A stretch of DNA of 62,448 nucleotides, filler included, from 4 parts of 4 records of this genome joined end to end with filler, not necessarily neighbours in it, one strand, 5' to 3'. Positions 48,197 to 61,912 are shown, counted from the first letter of the whole stretch. Notes: generated from the letters alone by a model not told the origin. Numbers and translations: made by a program.

Positions 48197-49579
48197 ATGA
48201 ATTTTCTCTCCATGATTAAAAACAAACTTGGTGCACTGTCTATCTCATTAGGAATTTTTGCAGTTGTCACCACTATTAACTCCCAAACAATTCAACTTAC
48301 ACTTTGGGATAGAGATTTCGAAAAACCAATTGCTATCTTGCAATGGGTGAATCTCTCCTACTTATTAATGGCTGCTGTCTCAACTCTATTAATCGGCAGA
48401 TTTGCTGATTTAATTGGAAGAAAAAGAATGTTTATTTACGGACTTTTAATTTATGGTCTTTCAACATCTCTTCTTGTTGTTGTAAATTCTTTTGAACTTT
48501 TACTTGTTGCTAGAGGGCTCCAAGCATTAGGGGCACAATGTGTCATGGGTCTTAGTGTTGGTCTTATGACAACTATGTTTGGTGATGAGAATAGAGGATC
48601 TGCAGTTGGATTAATTGCCTCAATTGGCTCTGTCTCTGTACTGTTTATCCCATTAACTATTGGCTACTTAGCTGAATACAACAACTGGAGGCTGTTTTTT
48701 ATCTTACCAGTAGCAATGTCTTTTATTAGTGCATATATTTTGCTTCGAGTAAATCTTGGTACAGAGACTGTAACAATTGATAAAGTAGATGTTAAGTCTT
48801 TAGTGTTTATTACATTAATACTTTCTAGTTTCTCATCAGCACTTACATTTTTTAGAGTTGAAAATATTACAAATACTATTAGCTTTCTACTTCTCTTCTT
48901 ATGTCCTTATTTCATTTGGTTGTTCTATAAAAGACAGAAATCTGTTGCTAACCCTATCTTTCCACGAGGAGTGTTTTCAGATAAACGATTTCAAATCTCT
49001 CTTTTCACAATTGTTATCTACTTCATCTCTATTGGTGGATGGTCTATTCTCTCCCCATATTTTTTCACACAGGGTTTAGGTTTAAACTCTTTTGAGTATG
49101 GACTCATTGGAACAGGGTTTGGTTTAATTCTTGTACCAATGGCGATTGTTGCTGGAAGAATTTATGACAAAAAAGGACTGAGAACTTCTCTCTATATTGG
49201 AGCTTATGGAAATATTATTGCTGGGATAATCTGGTTAACAACTCCTTATTTTCTTAATATTCCCTATATCCTGCTTAATGGAATTTTTGGTATTGCCCCA
49301 GTGGTATCTTCTGTTGCAACCGATGCTGAGATAATGTCTAAGTTCAATCTAGAGAACAGAGGGACGGGTTCATCCATGATTGAAACCCTCCATGTAATAT
49401 TTGCTTTTGCTGGAACAGTTCTCTACTCAACAATATACGATTTTTCATTAGAGATATTTGTTGGAGGCGAAGCAACATATAGTACAGAAATGTTCTGCTT
49501 TATTACAGGTATTCTTGCAATAATTAATTGGGGTATCCTTGCTATTCTTGTGAAAAAAAATGAGTCGCAACTTCAATAA
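48197..49579 (+). CDS. MFS transporter (DHA2/EmrB-like, about 14 TM)
   Basis: LQWVNLSYLL, GRFADLIGRKR motif A, ARGLQALG, WRLFF. Confidence 0.88.
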   Translation: MNFLSMIKNKLGALSISLGIFAVVTTINSQTIQLTLWDRDFEKPIAILQWVNLSYLLMAAVSTLLIGRFADLIGRKRMFIYGLLIYGLSTSLLVVVNSFELLLVARGLQALGAQCVMGLSVGLMTTMFGDENRGSAVGLIASIGSVSVLFIPLTIGYLAEYNNWRLFFILPVAMSFISAYILLRVNLGTETVTIDKVDVKSLVFITLILSSFSSALTFFRVENITNTISFLLLFLCPYFIWLFYKRQKSVANPIFPRGVFSDKRFQISLFTIVIYFISIGGWSILSPYFFTQGLGLNSFEYGLIGTGFGLILVPMAIVAGRIYDKKGLRTSLYIGAYGNIIAGIIWLTTPYFLNIPYILLNGIFGIAPVVSSVATDAEIMSKFNLENRGTGSSMIETLHVIFAFAGTVLYSTIYDFSLEIFVGGEATYSTEMFCFITGILAIINWGILAILVKKNESQLQ

Positions 49580-49641
49580 AAAGGTAGTCAACTCGTTCCC
49601 AGTTAATATTTAAATCGATATCTTTCACTCTTATTGAAATT

Positions 49642-49854
49642 TTAGCTTTCCTCGTCCTCTTCTTTTTCCTCTAACTGAGAGTAAATATCTTTTCCTGAAC
49701 CTGATGCTAAGACCTTACCGAAGAAACGTACTGCTATATAGGCAAAACCTGTAGCCAGAATCACCTGACCAGGCCTGTATTCAGGAGCTAATATTGGCCA
49801 TCCAAGAGTTGCAATAACCAGAAGTCCTATCCAGGCTTTTGACCTATATTTCAT
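49642..49854 (-). CDS. Small hypothetical two-TM protein with acidic tail
   Basis: 70 aa, two hydrophobic segments; TAAAAT lies 7 nt upstream of the ATG. Confidence 0.6.
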   Translation of the reverse strand: MKYRSKAWIGLLVIATLGWPILAPEYRPGQVILATGFAYIAVRFFGKVLASGSGKDIYSQLEEKEEDEES

Positions 49855-49891
49855 TAATTAGATTTTAACTGACTTTGTGCCTGTTTAATGA

Positions 49892-49990
49892 TTAATCCTG
49901 ATGGATAATATTTCCATTTACAAGAATCTTAAATTTAAGTTTAAAAAAGAATGATACATATACTTCAATAGATTTAATGTCTTCAGATAC
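49892..49990 (-). CDS. Possible C-terminal fragment of a gene cut by the contig end
   Basis: Open frame VSEDIKSIEVYVSFFFKLKFKILVNGNIIHQD* running from the contig edge. Confidence 0.3.
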   Translation of the reverse strand, partial: VSEDIKSIEVYVSFFFKLKFKILVNGNIIHQD

Positions 49991-49991
49991 A

Positions 49992-50091
49992 NNNNNNNNN
50001 NNNNNNNNNNNNNNNNNNNNNNNNNNNNNNNNNNNTTAATTAATTAANNNNNNNNNNNNNNNNNNNNNNNNNNNNNNNNNNNNNNNNNNNN
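49992..50091. other. Artificial contig-join spacer
   Basis: N-run with TTAATTAATTAA; GC content rises after it. Confidence 0.99.
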
Positions 50092-50371
50092 CTCGCTTTT
50101 GGCCCGCTTTCTCGCTATGTCGGCCACTCGCATAGGATTACTGCGTGTTTAAACCGTGATGGTCTTACCAACATCACACGCGTGCTGTTAAGCACTGTTT
50201 GACGCTGGGCGAACACCGTTTTTGACCTTTTTTGACGAACCCTTTCCGCGAACGCCGCCAGGAATGTGCGAGCTGCGCCATAAGGCAAACCGCGTTGCGC
50301 CCTTTTCTTTCACCCCTCTTTTGAGGCCCGCAACCCAAGCCGTCAGCCTAGCGCCGCCTCAATATCCGTTC

Positions 50372-53066
<2,695 letters not shown>

Positions 53067-53072
53067 GCGCTC

Positions 53073-55946
53073 TTAACTCCTGGCTTGAATCGTTTCAATT
53101 TCAGCGAACTCACCGTTTAAAGCCAGTGAGACCAAAGCATCCTGCTGTGCCTGGTGCAGGCCCATATTGCCCGCAGCGGCAGCCGCCGATGCCGCCCTAC
53201 CCGCATACTTGAGATGTAGTTCTGCGACGTGGTTTTGTAATGCGCGCCGAATATGATGTTGGCTGCTGTACCAGGCACCCTGATTCATCGGCTCCTCTTG
53301 GCACCAAATGGCTTCCCTAACATTGACAAAATCCGCGAGCGCCACGCCCAAAGCATCTTGCGGAAATGGATACAGCTGCTCAATGCGAATAATTGCGACA
53401 TGATCAAGGTTCAGCCGATCGCGCTCATTCTTTAAGTCATAATAAACTTTGCCACTGCACAAGATTAAACGGGTCACTCGCGCGTAGTTTATGGCGGATA
53501 AATCCTCAGCAATGACCGTCTCAAACGTACCGTCCGTTAAGGCCGTCAGACTGGACACTGCCTCCGGGTGGCGGAGCAGACTTTTCGGCGTTAAGACGAT
53601 AAGCGGCTTTTTAGCTTGCCGGAGCATCTGCCGCCGCAACAAATGATAAATCTGTGCTGGCGTGGTCGGAACACAGACTTGGATATTGTGTTCTGCGGAG
53701 AGTTGCAAGTAGCGTTCTAGCCGGGCTGACGAATGCTCCGGACCTGCGCCTTCATAGCCGTGGGGTAACAACAGCGTCAACCCAGATAAACGCGCCCACT
53801 TGTGCTCGCCACTGGTTATAAATTGGTCAATCACCACTTGGGCACCGTTGGCAAAATCCCCGAACTGCGCTTCCCAAATAACGAGCGTTTTCGGACTGGT
53901 CTGGGAATACCCATATTCAAAAGCAAGCACCGCTTCCTCTGACAAAAACGAGTCATATAAGGCGAAGTCGCCAGGCAAACCAATCGCACCAATCGGCAAG
54001 ATGGCCTCATCGGTCAGCTGGTCATGCAACACGGCATGGCGATGGGCAAAGGTTCCGCGCCCAACGTCTTGCCCCGTTAGCCGAACATTATGGCCCTCGC
54101 TCAAAAGCGTGGCATAGGCCATCATCTCTGCAAATCCCCAGTTGCAGGCCAGCTCCCCTGACCCCATTAAGGCTCGGTCTTTAAGAATTTTATCGACCTG
54201 GCGATGCACTGTAACCGAACACGCAAGATTATCGATCGCACCGGAAAGCGCTTTAAATTGCGCACTGTCAAATCGGGTATCAACCGGAGTGTCCCAATCT
54301 CGACCCAAATAGGGCGTCCAGTCAACATACAAACTCGCATTGGGCTCTTTGAGATAATCCCAAGCCACCGCATTGCCTTCATCTAAAGCGTCTCGATAAG
54401 CAATGATTCGTCGCTCGTACTCGGCCAGTTCAATGGCGCCCTCATGAATCAGCTTTTGTGAAAATTGCGCGAGTGTCGTCGGATGCGCGCGGATTGTTTC
54501 GTACATTTTTGGCTGGGTGATTGCTGGCTCATCGCCTTCGTTATGCCCTCGACGTCGATAGCAAACGATATCAATGACGACATCCTTCTTAAATCGCATT
54601 CGATAGTCGAGCGCCATTTGGGACACAAACAAAACGGCAACTGGGTCATCACCGTTTACATGGAAGATTGGGGCTTGCACCATTTTTGCGACTTCCGTGC
54701 AATAACGCGCCGACCGAGCGTCCTCACGTTTACTAATGGTGTAACCGATCTGATTATTAATAATAATGTGCAGCGTCCCACCCGTATAAAAGCCTCGGGT
54801 TTGAGACATTTGAAAGGTCTCCATGACAACGCCCTGACCCGCAAAGGCTGCATCACCATGAACGTTGATGGCAAGCACCTTGTCACCGACCGGGTCCCCG
54901 CGCCGGTCCATTCTAGCGCGAACCGACCCTGCGATAACGGGTGCCGCGATCTCAAGATGGCTCGGATTAAATCCAAGCGCCAAGTGCATTTCGCCACCGG
55001 GCGTCATCAGGTTAGAGGAGAACCCTTGATGATATTTAACATCGCCTGACCCTTCTGAGGGCTGATAGCGTCCTTCGAACTCATCAAACAGTGCTGCTGG
55101 ATCTTTCCCAAGCAGATTAACCAAAACGTTTAATCGTCCTCTGTGCGCCATACCGATCACGGTTTCAACGACACCCGATGACCCTGCTCGATGAATCAGT
55201 TCTGCCAAACAACAGATAAATGTTTCGGCGCCTTCAAGTCCAAACCGTTTGGTACCAGGATATTTTTTGCCCAGATAGAGCTCGAGTCCTTCGGCGGCAA
55301 GGATTCGATCAAGCAGCCGTCGTTTGGTGCCATGGCCATAGTACGGCTTGGTCCGCGTGCTCTCCATGCGTTCCTGCACCCAGGACAATTCCTCTTGGTC
55401 GGAGATATGCATGTATTCCGCGCCAATGGATCCGCAGTAGGTTTCTTCCAGCGCTGCCACGATTTCGGACAGGGGCGCCTCAGACTCACCCATAGCCAGC
55501 GAACCAACCTGGAAGCGAGTATCTCGATCCGCATCTGACAAACCATGATATTCAAGCGTGAGCGACGGCACATCTTCTTTTATTTCAAGGCCAAGCGGAT
55601 CAAGATCGGCCCGCAGATGTCCTCGGCGACGATAACCGTTGATCAACTCGCCGACGGCGAACTGTTTGCGCTCATGATTGGCTGAAATCGAAGACGCAGA
55701 GGCAGGTACAACCCGCGCTTGGTTTTTGGCTAAGAGTAGGAAATGGTCTCGGACTGTAGCGTGAGACAGATCCTGGCTTGCAGCGCTAGGATCTACCTTT
55801 GGTAGCTGATCGAAGTAGGCCCGCCAAGCCCCTGGGCAGCCCTCTGGGTTAACAAGGTAATCCTCGAATAGCGCTTCCACATAGGCGGCATTACTGCCAG
55901 AGATGTGCCCGCTTTGCCACATCGATTCCATGGAGCCTTTGGACAT
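53073..55946 (-). CDS. sucA: 2-oxoglutarate dehydrogenase E1
   Basis: GMAHRGRLN, GDVKYH, HGDAAFAGQG, RRGHNE, WEAQFGDF, GPEHSSAR; start at ATG 55946 or 55967. Confidence 0.97.
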   Translation of the reverse strand: MSKGSMESMWQSGHISGSNAAYVEALFEDYLVNPEGCPGAWRAYFDQLPKVDPSAASQDLSHATVRDHFLLLAKNQARVVPASASSISANHERKQFAVGELINGYRRRGHLRADLDPLGLEIKEDVPSLTLEYHGLSDADRDTRFQVGSLAMGESEAPLSEIVAALEETYCGSIGAEYMHISDQEELSWVQERMESTRTKPYYGHGTKRRLLDRILAAEGLELYLGKKYPGTKRFGLEGAETFICCLAELIHRAGSSGVVETVIGMAHRGRLNVLVNLLGKDPAALFDEFEGRYQPSEGSGDVKYHQGFSSNLMTPGGEMHLALGFNPSHLEIAAPVIAGSVRARMDRRGDPVGDKVLAINVHGDAAFAGQGVVMETFQMSQTRGFYTGGTLHIIINNQIGYTISKREDARSARYCTEVAKMVQAPIFHVNGDDPVAVLFVSQMALDYRMRFKKDVVIDIVCYRRRGHNEGDEPAITQPKMYETIRAHPTTLAQFSQKLIHEGAIELAEYERRIIAYRDALDEGNAVAWDYLKEPNASLYVDWTPYLGRDWDTPVDTRFDSAQFKALSGAIDNLACSVTVHRQVDKILKDRALMGSGELACNWGFAEMMAYATLLSEGHNVRLTGQDVGRGTFAHRHAVLHDQLTDEAILPIGAIGLPGDFALYDSFLSEEAVLAFEYGYSQTSPKTLVIWEAQFGDFANGAQVVIDQFITSGEHKWARLSGLTLLLPHGYEGAGPEHSSARLERYLQLSAEHNIQVCVPTTPAQIYHLLRRQMLRQAKKPLIVLTPKSLLRHPEAVSSLTALTDGTFETVIAEDLSAINYARVTRLILCSGKVYYDLKNERDRLNLDHVAIIRIEQLYPFPQDALGVALADFVNVREAIWCQEEPMNQGAWYSSQHHIRRALQNHVAELHLKYAGRAASAAAAAGNMGLHQAQQDALVSLALNGEFAEIETIQARS

Positions 55947-56035
55947 GTTCGACAACTCTGTTTTCAAAGCCGCCTATTGTAGCCAACCTAGCCGTCGATC
56001 GATATCTCTTCGCACAGAAAAATGACCAAATTTGA

Positions 56036-56740
56036 TTAAACTGCTCGTTCCATCAACATATTACGAATGTGACCAATGGCCCGAGTTGGGTTCAATCCCT
56101 TGGGGCAAACGCTCACGCAGTTCATGATGCCGCGACAGCGAAACACACTGAAGGGATCTTCAAGGTCACTTAATCGCGCCTCGGTTGCCGTGTCACGACT
56201 ATCGGCTATAAACCGATAAGCCTGAAGCAAGCCTGCTGGACCAATGAATTTATCAGGATTCCACCAAAAACTCGGGCAAGACGTTGAGCAACAGGCACAC
56301 AAAATACACTCATACAGGCCGTCCAGTTTCTCTCGATCTTCCGGGCTCTGCAGACGCTCCATCTTTGGTGGCAGCGTATCGTTTATTAGGTACGGTTGGA
56401 CTTTCTTGTAATTATCATAGAATTGGGTCATATCGACGACCAAGTCTCGAATAACCGGCAGTCCGGGCAACGGACGAAGCTTCAATTTCCCGCCGCGCGC
56501 AACTTCCGATACGGGCGTAATACATGCCAGACCGTTCTTGCCATTCATGTTGACCCCGTCAGAGCCACAAACCCCCTCCCGACAGCTGCGCCGATAGGTG
56601 ACCGACGCATCTTGTTCTTTAATGAGCGCCATAACATCCAACACCATGAGATCACGGCCTTCGGGGATCTCCACCGTGTAATCTGACATGTAGGGCCGAT
56701 CGTCGGTCTCTGGGTTATATCGATATATACTGACTTGCAT
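56036..56740 (-). CDS. sdhB: Succinate dehydrogenase Fe-S subunit
   Basis: RRSCREGVCGSD, CILCACCSTSCP, CRGIMNCVSVCP; AAGGA before ATG 56740. Confidence 0.97.
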   Translation of the reverse strand: MQVSIYRYNPETDDRPYMSDYTVEIPEGRDLMVLDVMALIKEQDASVTYRRSCREGVCGSDGVNMNGKNGLACITPVSEVARGGKLKLRPLPGLPVIRDLVVDMTQFYDNYKKVQPYLINDTLPPKMERLQSPEDREKLDGLYECILCACCSTSCPSFWWNPDKFIGPAGLLQAYRFIADSRDTATEARLSDLEDPFSVFRCRGIMNCVSVCPKGLNPTRAIGHIRNMLMERAV

Positions 56741-56755
56741 AATCTGTCCTTCGTC

Positions 56756-56813
56756 CAAAGCGTTTTTATTTTCAAATCGTTTTTAACTTCAAAGCGTTTT
56801 TGGTTTCAAAGCG
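56756..56813. repeat. 17-bp tandem repeat, about 3.4 copies
   Basis: CAAAGCGTTTTTATTTT / CAAATCGTTTTTAACTT / CAAAGCGTTTTTGGTTT / CAAAGCG. Confidence 0.85.
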
Positions 56814-57070
56814 CGCCTTTGTCTGTCGCGCTCGCTTCTCGTTTTCTAATGCGCTGGGCCATACTCAGCGTCAATACCTTCAAGTCGGTTTACAGGCCAG
56901 TGCCTTGCCTAGCCTCATTTCAGAGTTAACGCACCCTCTTTCAAATGATTTCAGGTCGGGCTCGAACCCAACCTAACGGAGCCATCAGGCTAAACAGGCT
57001 CTTCTAAGGCGCGTTCTATCCGGCGCGGGCTTGCCATGGCGGGTTACGCCACGACACCCCTTTTAGTTCC

Positions 57071-58846
57071 CTAGTACTTTCGAATCATCGGCTCCATCGT
57101 GTCCATGATTTTTGGACTAAAATTCACGGCGCGCTGACTCAACTGCTTTGTTTCTGGCGAATAAATCGAATGCGCCAACCAATTCTCATCATCGCGCTCT
57201 TGGAAATCATCCCGAGCATGGGCACCCCGACTCTCGCGACGGCCCTCAGCGCTGAATGCGGTTGCTTCAGCGATTTCTAAAAGATTGTCCAACTCTAGCG
57301 CTTCCAACCGCGCCGTATTGAACGCCATTGATTTGTCCCCGAGGTAGGCGTCCCCAATCCGCGCTCTAAGTTCCTCGAGCTTCTTAATGCCTTCTTGCAT
57401 CGGCGCCTCCTTGCGGAACACCCCAAAATTCAGTTGCATACATTCTTGCAGCTCGCGCTTTAGCTGAGCGGGTGCCTCACCCGTTGAGGTTGACGCATTC
57501 CATCGCCCTAACCGCCCCATCGCTTGCTCGACATCCGAGTCGCTCGAGGCTTGCAATTCAATGCCTGAAGTCAACGCTTGATTAATATAAAGGCCAGCGG
57601 ACCGACCAAAAACGACCAAATCCAACAAGGAATTTCCGCCCAAACGATTGGCGCCGTGAACCGAAACGCATGCTGCCTCACCAACGGCATAGAGCCCATC
57701 AACGATTTTGTCTTGCCCATTGGCATCAATCGTAATTGCCTGACCATGAATGTTGGTGGGCAAACCGCCCATCATATAGTGACAGGTCGGAACAACTGGA
57801 ATGGGCTCCTTGACCGGATCAACATGTGCAAAGGTCTTGGATAATTCCACAATCCCAGGGAGTCTTGAATGCAGGATATCCTCACCAAGATGGTCTAGTT
57901 TAAGAAGCACATGATCGCCGTTCGGACCGGCACCACGACCTTCCAAAATCTCGAGCACCATACTCCGAGCCACCACATCCCGACCCGCCAGATCCTTGGC
58001 ATTCGGCGCATAGCGCTCCATGAACCGCTCGCCATCTTTATTAACCAGATAGCCGCCCTCACCGCGGCAACCCTCGGTGACCAATGTACCAGCCCCCGCT
58101 ATCCCGGTGGGATGAAACTGCCACATCTCCATGTCTTGCTGCACGAATCCGGCCCTGAGCGCCATGCCGGTGCCATCGCCTGTGTTCATCAACGCGTTGG
58201 TGGTCGAGGCATAGATTCGGCCCGCGCCACCTGTGGCCAATACGGTTGCTTTCGACTTAATGTAAGAAACCTCTCCCGTCTCCATACAAATCGCAATCAC
58301 ACCTGTGACGGCACCAGCTGCATTTTTCACCAAGTCGACAGCGAACCATTCGCTAAAAATAGTGGATCCGGCTGCGATATTGCCTTGATACAAAGTGTGC
58401 AGCAGCGCATGACCGGTTCGATCCGCCGCAGCGCAGGTTCTTGCGGCTTGCCCGCCCTTACCAAAATCTTTGCTTTGACCCCCAAACGGGCGCTGGTAGA
58501 TCCGGCCATTTTCCTTTCTTGAAAACGGTAGTCCCATGTGTTCGAGTTCGAAAACCGCCTCAGGCCCTACACTGCACATATATTCAATCGCATCTTGGTC
58601 ACCAATATAATCAGAGCCCTTGACGGTGTCGTACATATGCCAGCGCCAATCATCGTCTGGGTCCTCACTCGCAATCGCGCAGGTAATACCGCCCTGAGCC
58701 GAGACGGTGTGAGACCGCGTTGGGAATACCTTGGACACCACCGCCGTCTTATGACCGGACTGCGCCAACTGCAGCGCCGTGCGCAAACCCGATCCGCCGC
58801 CGCCCACGATGATAGCGTCGAATTCCAATGTTGGTAGATTAGACAT
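57071..58846 (-). CDS. sdhA: Succinate dehydrogenase flavoprotein
   Basis: [13 protein letters not shown]-His, [32 protein letters not shown]. Confidence 0.98.
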   Translation of the reverse strand: MSNLPTLEFDAIIVGGGGSGLRTALQLAQSGHKTAVVSKVFPTRSHTVSAQGGITCAIASEDPDDDWRWHMYDTVKGSDYIGDQDAIEYMCSVGPEAVFELEHMGLPFSRKENGRIYQRPFGGQSKDFGKGGQAARTCAAADRTGHALLHTLYQGNIAAGSTIFSEWFAVDLVKNAAGAVTGVIAICMETGEVSYIKSKATVLATGGAGRIYASTTNALMNTGDGTGMALRAGFVQQDMEMWQFHPTGIAGAGTLVTEGCRGEGGYLVNKDGERFMERYAPNAKDLAGRDVVARSMVLEILEGRGAGPNGDHVLLKLDHLGEDILHSRLPGIVELSKTFAHVDPVKEPIPVVPTCHYMMGGLPTNIHGQAITIDANGQDKIVDGLYAVGEAACVSVHGANRLGGNSLLDLVVFGRSAGLYINQALTSGIELQASSDSDVEQAMGRLGRWNASTSTGEAPAQLKRELQECMQLNFGVFRKEAPMQEGIKKLEELRARIGDAYLGDKSMAFNTARLEALELDNLLEIAEATAFSAEGRRESRGAHARDDFQERDDENWLAHSIYSPETKQLSQRAVNFSPKIMDTMEPMIRKY

Positions 58847-58848
58847 TA

Positions 58849-59217
58849 TTAATTACCCCACAAAATTTTGATGCCCCAGAGCAAATAGGCCAGAATCGCA
58901 AGCAAGCAAACCGACTGATAAATCGAACGAAGTCGATCCCCTTTCGGCCCCATCGTGCGCGCTCTCAAGTAGTCTGTGCCCACTGTCCACATTCCGATCC
59001 AAGCGTGCGCGCAGGTCGCAATCAAGGTCACGAGTGTCGCCAGCTGCATCCAAGTCGTGCTAAAAAGTGCGGCCCAAACCGCAAACGACATCTCGTCTGA
59101 GATGAGCATAAATCCCAGCAAATACAACGTATAAACCCCCATCACGACCGATGAGCCACGCTGAATATACCAATCACTGACCCCATTTTTAGATAGGCCT
59201 GTTACTTGTGTAACCAT
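58849..59217 (-). CDS. sdhD: Succinate dehydrogenase membrane anchor
   Basis: [28 protein letters not shown]. Confidence 0.93.
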   Translation of the reverse strand: MVTQVTGLSKNGVSDWYIQRGSSVVMGVYTLYLLGFMLISDEMSFAVWAALFSTTWMQLATLVTLIATCAHAWIGMWTVGTDYLRARTMGPKGDRLRSIYQSVCLLAILAYLLWGIKILWGN

Positions 59218-59272
59218 ATTCTTTCTCCTGCTCTTTGCTACGCGCTGGGACGTCAACTAGATGATAAGTTGC

Positions 59273-59659
59273 TTAGATAATCCAAACCGTCACCAAAGCA
59301 ATTAAAATGGCGGACACGACCAAGGTAATGTAGGCCGCTCGTGTTCCGGCGACGAGACTCTCTGAGTCACTACCGTCCATTATTAAATGCTTCACGCCAG
59401 CCACAAAGTGATAGGCCAAAGCGGCCAGCACAACCCAGGCAATGCCCTTACCAATCGGGGTCGCCAAACTGGCTTTGAGCCCCTCGAATTCAGCGGGTGA
59501 GGACAATGACACTTCAAGCCCATAGAGTAACAAACCAAGCCCAACAAAAAGCACAACCCCAGCGATCCGATGGGAGATCGACGCAAGGGCTATAATCGGC
59601 CAACGGAACTGGAGCAGATCACCGATACCGACATTGATAGGTCTTTTATCTTGCTTCAT
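59273..59659 (-). CDS. sdhC: Succinate dehydrogenase cytochrome b556 subunit
   Basis: RPINV, SISHRIAG, YHFVAGVKHLIMD. Confidence 0.93.
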   Translation of the reverse strand: MKQDKRPINVGIGDLLQFRWPIIALASISHRIAGVVLFVGLGLLLYGLEVSLSSPAEFEGLKASLATPIGKGIAWVVLAALAYHFVAGVKHLIMDGSDSESLVAGTRAAYITLVVSAILIALVTVWII

Positions 59660-60014
59660 GGCTTTGTCTCTCCCAATCTGATTAAACGCAATGGCGCCGG
59701 CGAATCCTTTCCCACGACACCCTAATTCTGCCAAGGTTGGATCCGATCAAGAAGTATTATTGACCAGGTTGATGGCGAGACAGAGGTAGAACAATCGTCC
59801 TGAAGGTTTGATCCCAAGCGATCGGCCGCTTGCAGAATCGCGGCAATCATAGTGCTTGCCCAGCAAAAAGACAAACCGCGTTGAGACAACCGATCAGGGC
59901 GGAAGGCTTTACATCCAAGACCCATTTTGATTACATGTACCACCCGTTTTGCTCGAGTTTGGATCCTTTAGACCCGACAGTACAAGGCGCCGATTAAGCT
60001 GGAATGAGTAAGCT

Positions 60015-61295
60015 ATGAAACACACTGTTCAAATCACGATTGACGGCAAAACCACCGACCTTCCCGTTCTGGAAGCCACAGCGGGACTGGATGTCGTCGA
60101 TGTCCGAAGCCTAATTAGTCAGGGTGTCTACACTTATGACCCTGGGTTTTTATCAACCGCAGCTTGCGACTCCACAATCACTTATATCGATGGGGACGCG
60201 GGCATTTTAACCTATTGCGGCTATCCCATCGAACAACTTGCAGACCACTCAGAGCATCTCGAGGTCTGCTACTTACTGCTCCACAGCGAACTACCGACGG
60301 CGGCACAATTACGCCAATTTAAGTCCGACATTACGGATCGTATGCCGGTTGATCCCCAGTTTGCGCAAATTTTCAACGGCTTTACGCAAACCTCGCACCC
60401 CATGTCCATGTTGTGTGCGGCGGTTGCGGGTCTTGCGTCGCTATTTCATGAAGGCCTGGACATTTACAATCCCGATCACCGTCTTGAATCGGCCATGCAA
60501 TTGATTGCAAAAATTCCGACGCTCGCAGCCATGAGCTATCGAAAATCAATCGGCGCAACATTTGTCGACCCGGATCCGACCTTAGGCTATGCCGAAAACT
60601 TTCTGAATATGTGCTTTGGGGAAACTGGCCGAGCCAGCCAAGTCAGTCCAACGCTTGCGCATGCGCTGGATAAAATATTCATTCTGCATGCCGATCATGA
60701 ACAAAATGCGTCGACTTCAACCGTGCGCCTGGCGGGTTCTACCGAGGCCAACCCCTATGCTGCCATTGCGGCAGGGATTGCGGCGCTATGGGGCCCCTCT
60801 CACGGCGGCGCGAACGAGGCTGTTCTGGATATGCTAAACGAGATTGGCGATCTCAGCCGCGTCGGCGAATATGTCGACAAAGCCAAAGACAAAGAAGACC
60901 CCTTTAAATTAATGGGCTTTGGCCACCGGGTTTATAAAAATTTTGATCCACGAGCAACGGTTATGCAAGCCAGCTGCCAGGCTGTTCTGGCTGAACAAGG
61001 CGTTGAGGAAGAACCCTTATTGAAGGTTGCCAGCGCCCTAGAAAAAATTGCGCGAGAAGAGGCCTACTTTATTGACCGCAAGCTCTACCCCAATATTGAT
61101 TTTTATTCAGGCATTACCCTCAAAGCGATGGGGATTCCAACCCCAATGTACACCGCTTTATTTGCACTCGGAAGAATGCCCGGCTGGATCGCGCATTGGT
61201 CTGAGATGCTCAGCTCGCCCTTTAAAATTGGTCGACCCAGACAATTGTATCTCGGTCCAGTCAAGCGCGACTATGTCCCTATGGACCAGCGCTAA
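60015..61295 (+). CDS. gltA: Type II citrate synthase
   Basis: TYDPGF, ITYIDG, LHADHEQNAST, WGPSHGGANE, LMGFGHRVYK, YPNIDFYSG, RPRQLY. Confidence 0.98.
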   Translation: MKHTVQITIDGKTTDLPVLEATAGLDVVDVRSLISQGVYTYDPGFLSTAACDSTITYIDGDAGILTYCGYPIEQLADHSEHLEVCYLLLHSELPTAAQLRQFKSDITDRMPVDPQFAQIFNGFTQTSHPMSMLCAAVAGLASLFHEGLDIYNPDHRLESAMQLIAKIPTLAAMSYRKSIGATFVDPDPTLGYAENFLNMCFGETGRASQVSPTLAHALDKIFILHADHEQNASTSTVRLAGSTEANPYAAIAAGIAALWGPSHGGANEAVLDMLNEIGDLSRVGEYVDKAKDKEDPFKLMGFGHRVYKNFDPRATVMQASCQAVLAEQGVEEEPLLKVASALEKIAREEAYFIDRKLYPNIDFYSGITLKAMGIPTPMYTALFALGRMPGWIAHWSEMLSSPFKIGRPRQLYLGPVKRDYVPMDQR

Positions 61296-61350
61296 TCCCT
61301 GATTAACCGACCTGCACCCCTGTACCTAAATTGATGAATAAGGATAAATT

Positions 61351-61869
61351 GTGAGTCTAACTGCTGTTATCGAAACCAACAAAGGCACCATCAATATCGA
61401 GTTGTTTGCCGACCAAACGCCGATCACGTGCGCTAATTTCATAAACCTCATTCAAAAAGGTTATTACGATGGCCTCAGCTTTCATCGGGTTATTAGCGAC
61501 TTCATGATTCAAGGCGGGTGCCCCCTTGGGACCGGCACGGGTGGGCCTGGCTATCGTTTCGAGGATGAGTTTTCAGATGATTTAAAACATGATCGCGCTG
61601 GGATCTTGTCAATGGCCAACGCGGGTCCTGGCACCAACGGCAGTCAAATTTTTATTACTCACGGGCCAACGCCACATTTAAACGGTGGTCACACCGTTTT
61701 TGGGGCGGTCAAAAGTGATAGCGATCAAGCCGTCGTGAATGATATTCGGATGGGCGACACCATGATTAAGGTCCACATTGAAGGGGATACCGAGACCCTC
61801 CTAGCAGGCCAACAAGCGAACTTGGATCAGTGGAACGCAGCCCTGTCGGACGCCTTCCCAGACCTGTAA
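61351..61869 (+). CDS. Cyclophilin-type peptidyl-prolyl isomerase
   Basis: [39 protein letters not shown]. Confidence 0.95.
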   Translation: MSLTAVIETNKGTINIELFADQTPITCANFINLIQKGYYDGLSFHRVISDFMIQGGCPLGTGTGGPGYRFEDEFSDDLKHDRAGILSMANAGPGTNGSQIFITHGPTPHLNGGHTVFGAVKSDSDQAVVNDIRMGDTMIKVHIEGDTETLLAGQQANLDQWNAALSDAFPDL

Positions 61870-61912
61870 TGCTGATTGGGACGACACGCATCCCGACCAG
61901 CCGGAAACCTTT

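Noticed and set aside
56756..56813. CRISPR-like array
   Set aside because: Units are 17 bp with only 5 variable nt, there are no spacer-length unique segments, and there are no cas genes.
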